Shown here: piece by piece, positions 24,827-36,159 of the stretch
How the letters are laid out: every line of letters starts with the position of its first letter
How positions within the stretch are numbered: position 1 is the first letter of the stretch
Source: Balanoglossus misakiensis
Lineage: Eukaryota > Animalia > Hemichordata
NCBI GenBank assembly: GCA_040954595.2
Contig: CM082577.2
Span: 868,001-932,000, forward strand
Length of the DNA: 64,000 nt
Direction of reading: 5' to 3'
Position numbers and translations under genes: made by a program
Notes under the pieces: generated by a model
The model's input: the letters and a program-made list of their open reading frames with translations, nothing else
Told to the model about the DNA's origin: nothing
Database searches by the model: none

Positions 24827-26654
24827 TGTACTGTAGGTCTACATGGATAAAGTTGTAAAGTTCAGCACATAACAACATTCCCAGTGTGCAGTTTCCGTAA
24901 ATGTATTAAACGTTTGGTGTTTGATGAATTTCCACCGTCACTGTTCACTATTTTTGCTGCCAATATTCTAAAAAGTTCACCACCCAAGAAACGTTGCCAG
25001 GTTCTTTCAAAACTTCCGTTATTTCTAAACAATTACCATGGTGATGTTTACTGTTTACAGCTATATAAGTCAATGTTGTGTGTTTGACACTTATCCAGTG
25101 AGTTATGCAACACACGCGCCAATTTACTACATTGTATTTTAGTGTTGTTTTATAATTGACCTCAAAATCAGTTCTCTCAGATCATTCTTCTCTATGTTTG
25201 ATAGTTTTATTGACATTTTCTCTGTGTTTTTTTTCTTCTGATAAGTGTTTTGGAGGTTGTTGTTATAAACTGTTGCGTGTTCTATACATGTAGATTCAAT
25301 GCCACAATAGACCACGGTCACTGTGTGAAGTAACCGTGAATAGACTTAACAGTTAAACCTCGATTGTTTTTAGATTTACATAATTAGCATAATTACGCCA
25401 AGTCTTACTGTGACGATTTCGTCATTGTGCTCGAAAATCTACGATGTGTTGTGTGAATTAACTGATGCGTATTATAGGCATCAATTGTTTTTGGATTTAC
25501 ATGATTAACATAGTCACAGTGCTGTAAGTCTTACTTTGTCTTTATTATTCCGACGGTGATCTTGCTCAAAAATTCAGCAACGTGCTGTGTGAATAGCGTG
25601 AAACTAACAACCCAGGATTGTTGAAGTTTTATGCGTATAAGTTAAAAGTCATTTCTGAGGGGTCGTGCCGCAAAGCATTATGGGAACAACACCCCGTTCA
25701 CTTTACAACCACCTGGCAGAATACATCTCCAAATTACGTGTTACATCATCGAATGACCGTGTTTTGTTTTTCTGTTCCCAATGTTACTTGTTGGAATGTA
25801 ACATTATTGTTCCGTCTGTATTGTTCTGTGGACATCAGCATGGTCAATGAACTTATACAAAGTTTAAATTCCTTACTCGAACCATTTATGCACAAATAGC
25901 TTCGTTAAAGGGTTTGTGGATCGTAGCTACTGACTATTTATGAGGCTGTAGCGGTCAAACTCCGCAATTGCAGATAGTATACCTCTGGCTATTTTGAAGA
26001 CACTGAATAGTTACTTACGTAAGTGCATGAAATACTCTGAGTCATTTATAGGCCTACAGGGATTCTTTTGTGACAACATTTACCTTTTAGACATCGTCCG
26101 TCAGAAACTGTTTGCCAGACGTCCTTTCAAATGCCCGAGCGCCCCCCCCCCCCCTCTACGCATCTTATAATATACAGACGCCCAGATAAACATTAAAATG
26201 CAGGATTGCGGGACCACACACCTTTCCCATCAGGAGTGCGGTGTTTGGTGAAGTAAAAAAGGTCTTCCCATGATTCCCTTCATATAGTGGGTCATTTTGG
26301 CGTAACCTCAGAAAGCTGATGCGTAATACAGTAGCGACAAGGTTGCAGAACGGAAAAGCTTGTCTGCAAGGCATTAGACGGCCATCGGAAGTGTGGTATA
26401 CAAGGTTCACATATGAGTACATCCTTGGCACACAAGGCGCCCTTTGTCCAGAACGTTCATGCATATACTTATAGTACGTGTCAATTCCCCCCCCCCCCTC
26501 CTTGTCAATGCAACTCTTGGAGTACACGTCACGGCCATTCAGTGCGTCTCATGCAAAGTCTACGGCTGGGATAGCCAAGAGCTCCGAGCGGTACAGAAAA
26601 CTCAGTCAGTCGGCATTTGTGACTAGGACGTCTCCCGCACCCGTTTGTTTCAAC

Positions 26655-27803
26655 ATGCGGTGCTCATCAGGAATCTTCTTATCTCTGGCAGTATTATGTT
26701 TACTGCAGGGAACCCAAGTTGCGTCTACCATCCTTAACAACAAAGATACCTGGCCGACCAACGTTGCGATTCCGGAATTCAAGATTCGCGAAGTCGTTCC
26801 GCTAGGTGAGGCTGATTTCTCCGACGACGAGCTGAAGACTAAGTCCAAATGCGGCCTTGACTGCTTGACCGAAGAGATGAAAAGCGTCGTTGCCGACAAC
26901 CGACTTCACGAATTGTACTCGTTCGAAACGATGTACGAAAACGGCGAGGTAGAGCTGACGGTGGTCGACGTGTCTCAAATCGAGCAAGCAATGAACGTTG
27001 ACGAGGGGAACCCTACCACGAAAGAGAGATCCAGAAAGAAGCGCCAGGTGTTTGGCTTCGATACCAGGTTTGTCATCAGTGACGAAGAGTATCTTGCACA
27101 ACCTCCGTTCAGCACAGTTGTAAAGCTGTCCACGGGATGTAGCGGGACTCTAATCGGAAAAAGAAACGTCTTAACTGCCGCTGAGTGTGTACATAACGGG
27201 AAGGCATTCATAAGAGGTGCAAAGAATCTGAAAGTTGGAATTCGGAAGCCAGGCATCAGTGCATTACAGTTTGAAGGCGCGGATGAAGACTTCAAATGGA
27301 TCAGAGCTGCCGAGATCAAGATACCGCAGGGTTGGAAAAACCAGGCGGGGAGAGACTTGGACACCGAGCACAACTATGCCGTTATACGCCTTCGGGAAGC
27401 TCAAGACTGCGATGCCATGAACTTCGGCGCGGTGACCCAAGCTACTCTGCAGCAGGACAGACGAGTCCACTTCGCCTCGTACGACAGACCCGACACATCG
27501 GAACTGATGTACCGATTTTGCCCAATAATGGACAAAAACGATGACGTCATCTACCACTACTGCGACGCGGACGGTAGCAGCACCGGCGCTGGGATCTACG
27601 TGCGGCTGTGGGACAGCGAGTCGCGGGATTGGAAAAGGAAGGTGGTCGGGGTCTATAACGGGCACAGGTGGATTGAAGACAGCGACCACGGAACCATTGA
27701 TTACAACGTCGCCGTTATAATCACGCCACTGAAATACGCACAGATTTGTCTGTGGCTCGAAGAAGATAGCGAGAACTGCTCTGATATTCAATACAGTTAT
27801 TAG
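26655..27803 (+). CDS. PRSS23: Secreted PRSS23/PRSS35-family serine-protease homologue, intronless CDS, catalytic triad altered
   Basis: Signal peptide MRCSSGIFLSLAVLCLLQG. Family motifs LYSFETMYENG, furin site RSRKKR-QVFGFDTRF, PFSTVVKLSTGCSGTLIG, YRFC, YHYCDA and DYNVAVIITPLKYAQICLW. The ORF track start at 26478 is an upstream non-ATG extension. Confidence 0.9.
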   Translation: MRCSSGIFLSLAVLCLLQGTQVASTILNNKDTWPTNVAIPEFKIREVVPLGEADFSDDELKTKSKCGLDCLTEEMKSVVADNRLHELYSFETMYENGEVELTVVDVSQIEQAMNVDEGNPTTKERSRKKRQVFGFDTRFVISDEEYLAQPPFSTVVKLSTGCSGTLIGKRNVLTAAECVHNGKAFIRGAKNLKVGIRKPGISALQFEGADEDFKWIRAAEIKIPQGWKNQAGRDLDTEHNYAVIRLREAQDCDAMNFGAVTQATLQQDRRVHFASYDRPDTSELMYRFCPIMDKNDDVIYHYCDADGSSTGAGIYVRLWDSESRDWKRKVVGVYNGHRWIEDSDHGTIDYNVAVIITPLKYAQICLWLEEDSENCSDIQYSY

Positions 27804-29968
27804 GTTTTAGTCCCGGACATTTCCGTAGACTACTAAGTAGTGGCTGTTGAGTGCGTGCTATTTAGGAACTATATTCCCAAAGAAATGTATCTTAATATTC
27901 AATTCTGATATTCAGGAACATATCTATATGCTAATATTATTTTCTAGTTACTGCAAATAGTTAGGATGATCTCAGCCTTTCCATTTTTAAAAAATGCTAA
28001 AATAACTTAGCGTTTTCCCGAAGAGAATTATTGTCTAGCCCTTAAACATTACCGCACCTGCAAAGCAGTTTTTACGTTATTTCTTCCATAACCTGTCGAT
28101 ATCCGATGGTCTACTCCAGGGATGGTGCGTGGTCACAGAATTTCATTCTTGTTTACTTTGTTGTAAAAAAATAAATGGCTGGCTCTTGCCGTAACTGTAC
28201 TTTGCCTCTAACTTGCAGCATTTGGTTTCAAGTTGAAATTGCGAAGAAGAAAAAACCGCGGTCACAGATATTGCATTCCACGCACTTGAAAGACTCTATG
28301 TCTCCACAATTGCCAATTGCCTTCAGCTGTTTTGATAAAGGGATATACACTTCATGTAATAGACGACTGAGCTTCTCAAAGTTGACGTCTCCTTGAAAAC
28401 GATAAACAAATAACGACAAAAAGCAAGGAGGGAGAAAGATAGGAATAAATGTAGAAAAAACAGCGAGACTTTGTGAGTGGCACCGGTAATTTGAATGTAA
28501 TGACCTTGTCATTCCCGAAATAGCTAAATTTGGAAACGTTTTAACAAACACCTGAGACTTAGGGGTTGCAAACGTATTTCTGACCAATGGCTGTCAAACG
28601 CGGCCCGGGTGAATTCATTGTGGCCGCGGAGAATTACGGTGCGTACATTTCAACGCATTTAGCAGGGCCTACATTCTTTCCTGGAGCGAAACGTTTCGCA
28701 TGTTTCACCACAAGCTACCAAATACCTGCGTTTATTGATACAGGTCGCAACAATAGAGAAACAGCCGACAGAGACTGCAAGGAACGGCCTCAATGTCCCC
28801 TAAAGCACGGCTCATTTGAGTAAACCGTCTGTAAGTCTGTCTACGGCGTCAAATGCAACATGAGAGTGAGTGTTGATAGCTGTATTTATTGCAATGTTCA
28901 AAGAGCCCTTGTCTCTGGCAAGTGCATATTACAGGGTTCATTATTACTCGTAACAATGACTGCATAGTTTGGACTGCTTTCGGCCCTTGAAAGGAATGAC
29001 CATTGTTGCTTAGAACTGCACTTGTCCAGCGGTCTTCCGTTGGATTTGATAATACTTGCATACCAGTTTTCATGATTCTTTGATTTCCGCTCCCGGCTTC
29101 CCTTCCCTGTCTAGTCTCTGATTAATTCAACAAGTGGCCAATCTCCTAAATCTCTGGTTCAAGATTCACGTACTTTGGTGGTGAGACTATTTTACGAGAG
29201 AGGAAGGAGCGAGAATGTTGGTTGATGTCGTAGAGGGCACAGAGCTGTACACAGAATGCCAATCCAGGCTGCACAGTCGCTTGCTTTTTGGGTAAAGCCA
29301 GGGGTCCTGTTGCAAATGATCATGCTGGGACCGGTATTGAAGTTGTCCGATTTGAGCCGGATTCAGCCGTATAAACATTGTACATGTATCTGACACTGAA
29401 CCTTAATATAGAGTAATTAATCTTATTTTCGACAAATTAAAACAGTGACGCAAGCTGTATCGATCATCTTTATCCTATGGCCATTTTATTCTTTAATAGC
29501 TGGCATATAAGCTAAGAGTTAATGTTTTAAACGAAAGTATTGCAATATGATACACAGAATTTCCCAGTAATCCATAAATTAAATATTTGATGATGATGCA
29601 AATTATATTATTCATCACGTGCAAAATAATGATAATCCGAACTGAACAAACGAGTATATAGTCAAATATCTATCTCGTGCATCAGGCATTATTTGTCATA
29701 AATATTATGTAGATTAATCATCTGATTTTTAATACCAGAGACATAAGTCTGTTATCAGACTTGACCTTGAAGTAGAATACACGTTGTTGTTGATACAAGA
29801 GACAGTTAAATTATACCACAACAGAATTTGACCTTTATATGCTAGAATGTCTTATACAAGGTGTACATTCGACACTTAGCGATATTCAGTTCGGCTGTCT
29901 TCCTGTCCTGAAGAAAACATGGCGATGACAAGAAGGGGCGTTCATGGCATCGTGCTTCAGCGGATATT

Positions 29969-31177
29969 TCAGTTATCTGTCTTCAAAATCCACCTCTTGT
30001 CAGGTGATGCAAGGATTAATCTAATGAGAGAGAAAATATGTCGGCTTATATCGTTGTCATTGTTAAATGGCGATTGCAACCAATTAACTTGAAGTTAATT
30101 GAAGAATTGAAGACTCAAGTGCATAAGTGCCAACAACTACGGTTTTTATCAGAAGATATAACATTAAAAACGTTCAGTCTGCTTAGATAACTGAGAACTC
30201 ACTTGTAGACTAGACCTGAGCAAATTCCGCCGAGAGGAGGACCGACCCAATACACCCAGTGATCCGTCCAGATGCCAGACACTACCGCTGGTCCAAAACT
30301 GCGGGCGGGGTTCATGGATGCACCGGAGATCGTTCCTCTGAAAATATAAAAATCAAATACAGGTTTATCATAAGTAGTCACCTTGATCGTATATGTGCTT
30401 AGTAATCGCAGAAAGTCCTTGGACTTCGTGTGTAAACACCATTAACGCGCAGTCCTTAGTAACCAAAATTAAGTGGTTTTTAACTTGACGGTAACTTAGC
30501 AAAGGATAAACATTATAAGTTGGGTGATACGGTCAGAGACAAAGTTGACCTCTTTTGACCTCCGACAGTGCGTGCAAGGAGGTTACAGCGTGAAAATGGA
30601 ATAAATGCGACATCACTACCGTCAAATTACTTCCGTCGTACTATTTTAGCAGTTGCTTCCGTTCAAATTTCTGGCATTATATCTAACTTCGTCAAACTAC
30701 TTTGGCATTTGCTTCCGTCAAATTGCCAGGCATTATTTTGCGAGTTCCGCAAAAAAAAAACCCACGATGTTCTTCTTCAGAATCAGGGTTGGTGGATCGA
30801 TGCTACATCATAAATTCATGAGCGCGCGAAATATTACACTTTCCTTCAAATCTATTTATAACCTTAATTACCCAGCCAAAATATCGGCGGTCACCGCCAT
30901 GCCAATTGCCAGTGGTGCCAGATTGCTCGGTTTGCTATCCACGGCTGCTTGTAGAACTGTAGACACAAGGACCATAGTCAGAACCCATTCACATCCGATG
31001 GCTTTATCTGTTGTAATGTTCTCGCCAAGTAAAGTAGCACCTCCGTTGATGTAGTCGAACTGGTCGGTAGTCAAGACTGCCTGTGTATCCAAATATCAAA
31101 TCCAGATGGTCAGTTTTGTTTTCTCCTCTTTTTTTGACCTCTGACTGATGAGTTATTGTGCCAGGCATTAAGAAGCC

Positions 31178-31230
<53 letters not shown>

Positions 31231-33286
31231 CCATCACCATCACCATCATCATCATCATCACTTACCAATACAAGCGCAGATCCACAAATGGCACCGATCA
31301 ACTGGAAAACAATGTAAAGACATCCCAAAACGAGGTTGATACTACCGGATACCATTACACCTAACGTCACCGCTGGATTGAAATGACCGCCACTGGAAAA
31401 TCAAGAAGTAACGATATATGTATGAGTGATTGCTGGTATGAATTTATACTCATATCTGTGTAAATACAAGTTGGTCCAGAACGGAGCTAGGTCAATCTTT
31501 GCTATGCTTAGGGTGACCCTTGCGTGGTCACTGTCTAGTTCGTACTACAAAGCGAGTCTGAGAGGAACGCACAAATTCCGCATTCGTGTACGAATCTGCA
31601 CTGTGTTGACCCGTTACCCTTCGAGATAAAACGCCATTTTATCACGTTTTGTGGCATTCTGCGTGGCAAGATGCCATGATTTCTTGTATGTGTTCAATAA
31701 CTGTACGTTGATTCATTCATCAGTCATTTTTATTGAATTTTGGATTGATTGATTTATTTATTGGCTTCGTCAATCTATTAACCACAGGTGGTTCTTGTAG
31801 ATGTTTAATTTTTTTTTTTTTCATTCTGAAAACATGCCCTGGTTTTAGAGTCTGCAAAGGACAAGGTCGCTTCGACAAACGATCGCGAGGGGGATAACGT
31901 TTCATGTTTGGAGTCGATGAAATTTCTAGGTCAAATATTATCAGCTGAGTGGAATTTTGAAAAATTACCGAGCGGCGCCTGCTATACCATGTAATTTTTT
32001 TCCATCCCAGACGTCACGTATTGCTTCGCAGCAGATATTCATGTTAATTTTGTTCCTAATTGTGCCATAGGTTAAGTAGAAGGTGGGCCACCTGGGAAGT
32101 GATTAAGCCACCTGGGAAGTATCTGTGCCACCTGGATCGATACCGATAATTTTCAAAATTTTACCAACACTAATTGGGCGTAACATCTGTTTATACAATG
32201 ACGCCATATTCTGTTATGATCCCACAGCTTCGGCTACGTTTATCAACGTCATGATTTCTGATGTCCGAGATCTGTGTCAAGCCTTTCCGGACAAGGTCGA
32301 CATCGTTCCTCTCAAGTCACCAAAAGGTCACTAAGTAAAGCATGCTATTTCATGTCACCAGTAGACATATCTCGTGAAAGATCTTGACTTTTATGGCGTT
32401 GCGCCAAGGTGCAGTCTGGATACCGAAATATCCAAATCTCAAATATGTCAGCACAGCAAAGACGCCTCAATAAATATGTTTGACTGTCTACCGTGTTGGT
32501 GCCTTGTAAAAAATGCTCATAAATACCCATCCATCGTAAAGAAACAGCGGTGATGTCTAAAAACGTAGATTTGTTTCCATGGATATATGGTGTATACGCT
32601 GTCATTCCAAGAGGGTTTCCAGACATGTCCACTGTCCCTAAATTGATGTTCTGGACACACTTAAACCACAGAATACAAATCTTTTAGGTAAAACGCTAAT
32701 GAGAAATAAAGCGATGCACAGTCTCAGATACGAAAAACAAACATTGGACCTGTGATAACGTTTTTATCGGCATTGCAACATTTCAGATTATGTCATATCA
32801 GCCAGCAGCCTTGGCCCGTTTGGGTCACCTGACATCCCTGATATTGGTCATACTCCATCTTCTTATTGCATATAATTAATAGTTTGCAGCTTGCACTGTT
32901 ATATCAAATTAAGCAACAACCTCGCAAGTTCATTCTCAGCGAATCTGAGTTTCTTACCTGACGCCTCCGACGCCCGCTATCATTAGAAATATGGTAAGTC
33001 CGTGCGCCAATGCAGCAACGATCAAACTCGAGGCCCCGTCGATAGACCCATCTGGATAGCCTACCACCCCGCTCATCGAGCCGATGAATACGAAGAACAT
33101 CACACCAAAGAACTCGGCGAAGGTCGGCCGAATCCAGTTCTCCATCACCGCGTAAGGGGTCAAGATGGTCATTGCGGGGCCTTCTTCGTTCACCAGATTT
33201 TTTCGGCTGGCCGATTGGTCGGTGGCACCTTCAATGTCCGACATTTCGACTTGGTCGGGATTTGCAGCGCTGCCGTGAGAAGCCAT
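29969..33286 (-). CDS. AQP8: Aquaporin-8-like, copy B. Exons (minus) 33286-32958, 31392-31266, 31080-30872, 30337-30203, 30020-29969
   Basis: Motifs [47 protein letters not shown] and HWVYWVGPP. Intron positions match copy A. Confidence 0.92.
31178..31260. repeat. (ATC)n microsatellite with ACC interruptions, next to the donor of AQP8 copy B intron 2
   Basis: Seen directly. It generates the spurious poly-M, poly-D and poly-I ORFs. Confidence 0.95.
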
Positions 33287-36159
33287 GGTGATGAAAAGCA
33301 AAAAAGAAACAGGGAAAAATAATTGAAGGTGTTGACAAAACAAATGTGTTGACAAACGAGATATGTTCTAGAATCCCTATACACTTCTGTGAGTTGCGTG
33401 TAATGTATGACGGGCTAGATATCAACACCGCAGCCGATGCGAACTTTGCCACGGGGATCCTATATCTGAGGCACACGCAACCGGGCACTGATGTCTTAAA
33501 CTTACAAAATGGGCGTAACTCGTAACTGCGCCTGCACGTGTCGAACTGACAAGCCAGGCGGTGTACATGGTTACCCTTTGACTTCCCAGTCTGCGATCGG
33601 ATTGCAACCGGGAAGGGATTTCCCCGCCAGATATTTCTCAAGACCAGAGGAAGGGACACTGGAAGGACGTACCACGCAGTTTGCTGGAATGGGAAAACGG
33701 GAAAAATTGGCCGAGCTCACCAAACGAGATCAAAAAGATTGCAGCAGACAAGCGGGCAGATTAACAAATAAATTCAACTTTTTTATCAGTGTGTCAGGTC
33801 ATCGTATAAATACGATCCGTCGCATCAAGGTTTGAAGTCCAACATAACAGCGTAACTATTTGAAGTGACGTTTTCGTTTACTCGACCCGCAAATTTTTTA
33901 TAGTCGTTAGATTGTATTTATTATACTCATGCTACCAGCAGAAGCTGAGGAAAAACATCTTCTGTAATTATAAACACTCCAGACCTGCTTGTCGGTCATA
34001 AGAGTAATTTATGACGCGTCACTAAAACTTGGTTTGGTTGTACACTACGTGCTTATCCGAGAGGGGGCGCTCTATCCACACTTGGATTGGGCCAGTAATG
34101 GACAAACAATTGGATGTGGTTCTTTTTTTCCTACGCGTACAGCCTAGGCTATGAAGTATGGTGTTGTCATATTACGACAGCCGATCCCGAGTGCGTGTGC
34201 ATGTTAGCTTGGAACTGTCTGGTATTTTTGACAACTTAATTAGACGCAACTCTGTAGAAAATCAGCTCGTTTATTTCGTTTCGGTCAACTCAAGAAAATT
34301 CCTTTTGAGCATATGCAAGTCATAGTGCATCAACTTTGAAAGAAATCTATCAAGACATACGTTTCTGACAAACGCCTCCAGTCAGTCATCTGGAACTGTA
34401 ATGCAAAAAGAAGATAATGTGCAATTTTAGGGCACAGTGCAATCTCCTATTACTACTTTTGTTGTTTATTTGCCTGCCGCACGACTCACGAGCACGGCGC
34501 AGAGAATCAGGTTATGCTTTTGGTAATGATGTCATATATAGTAGTTTACAAATAGGTTAAATTAGCATCATACACCCTAATCCTTTAGGTACAGTGAGAC
34601 TCGGCAGTCTCGTCACTTGTTTCTCTGCACTTAGAGTCACAACCGCCATATACCGGCATGAAGTGGGAAGCCACGGATGGCTTGTGCCAGTCCTAGAGGT
34701 CTCGCCAAGACCCATTTTACATGTAAGTCCCCTTGAAATTTCACCTGACGGGAACGCCCACTCTCTCCTCGCCAAACAATGCGCGTGTTCCAATAGTAAG
34801 CTTACTACTAGTATTAGTGGGGAAAGTTTTTGTCGTTAAAATTGACCTACATACTTATCATGGGCGTAAAAAGAATGACCAGCTAAAAAGTCAAAAATGG
34901 GCAAGTCGGGTTACAGATTCCCCCCTCCATCCCCACCCCACTCATTTCATTTAAGATATTGCGCCGGACCTGTCATATCGGTGCATTTTGCAATCGAAAC
35001 AACAAAGCTTGTCCTGCTCTGGAATCACCAACTCTCTAACTTTATTTACGAGAGAAAGGTAAACAAAGTTCAATGCACTTATGACCCGCTCACTATGGCC
35101 TATTTAGCACTCTTCGTGGTGAAGCGACGGGAATTACATTGAACTTGCAAAGCACAAAGTCACTGCAGAGTTGTAAATAAGGTTTGGAATGTTTTGAATA
35201 AATGATATGTTGACATATGAAGACATCACTTACAGTTTTCGATCGCTTTCAGTGACTCTCCGTGTTCGATGTTCCACATGTGTATTGACGAGTGAGGTGG
35301 GCGAGACACGTCATGTGATTTTGTCATGTGAGTAAGGTCGCGGTCGCGGCTACTGACTTACGCAATACCCACGCGCACACAAGAAGAGACACTGAAGTTG
35401 GCAATGAATTGTTACGCTGTGAGTCTTATGTGTGTTTGAGCCTCTTTGACTGGATAGACCTTCCAGGAAAAGTTTTTTTTTTCTTCTGTACAACGCGGTC
35501 GGTCACTCATTTTCCGCCATGGTTCACGAGCAAGTGCTCCGCATACATCTGAATAAGTTAGAGCGCCCTCGTGCGTCAGTTCAAACTTTTCAACAAGTTT
35601 AGTCCACAGACAGCATAGGCCTACATCTATATACTCAGTTTTCCACTTCTGTTTGACTGAGTCATCACTGCGTGTGTGTGCAGTGTTGCGTGTGGGTTGA
35701 AAATCCAAGAGAACAATGTAATGATATATGATCTAGAAGTATTTTAAATGTGGTAGATGACCCCGGCGAAGACGTTGAAAAGTTGCCAAAACTGAAAAGT
35801 ACAATTCGCCTCGTCTTGTAGCCGAGTCCCCTGTTAATTTACCAGAATCAACACCAGCTGGTTAAAATGGCCCAGAAAAGAAGGTGGGGGAAAAAGATTT
35901 AGCCGGGCATTGAGTTTTGCCCGGAAGCCTGTTGCGTGGGTCCTGGGTTTTTAGGCTGTGCATTGCCACCGCTTGTACGGTCCCGAAATGGAATCGGCCA
36001 AGACTCTTCCACACCCGGAAGTGGCCTTCACACGTGTAAACACGTCAACGCCAAAACATTCTTTGACGTGCATTCATTTGGCGTTTCGTCATAAAGACAG
36101 CGGTCCCGGTCCACCAGTTTCCTGTTTAGTGTTACTTCCAGAAAGACACTCAACCAGGC

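Noticed and set aside
26478-26654. N-terminal extension of the PRSS ORF
   Set aside because: It begins at a GTG and crosses a poly-C tract. The ATG at 26655 directly precedes a typical signal peptide.
29870-29971. AQP4-style stop-codon readthrough in AQP8 copy B
   Set aside because: The stop context is TGA-AAT, not TGA-CTAG, and another in-frame TGA follows after three codons.
31004-31370. ORFs with poly-Met, poly-Asp and poly-Ile runs
   Set aside because: They are translations of the intronic (ATC)n microsatellite.
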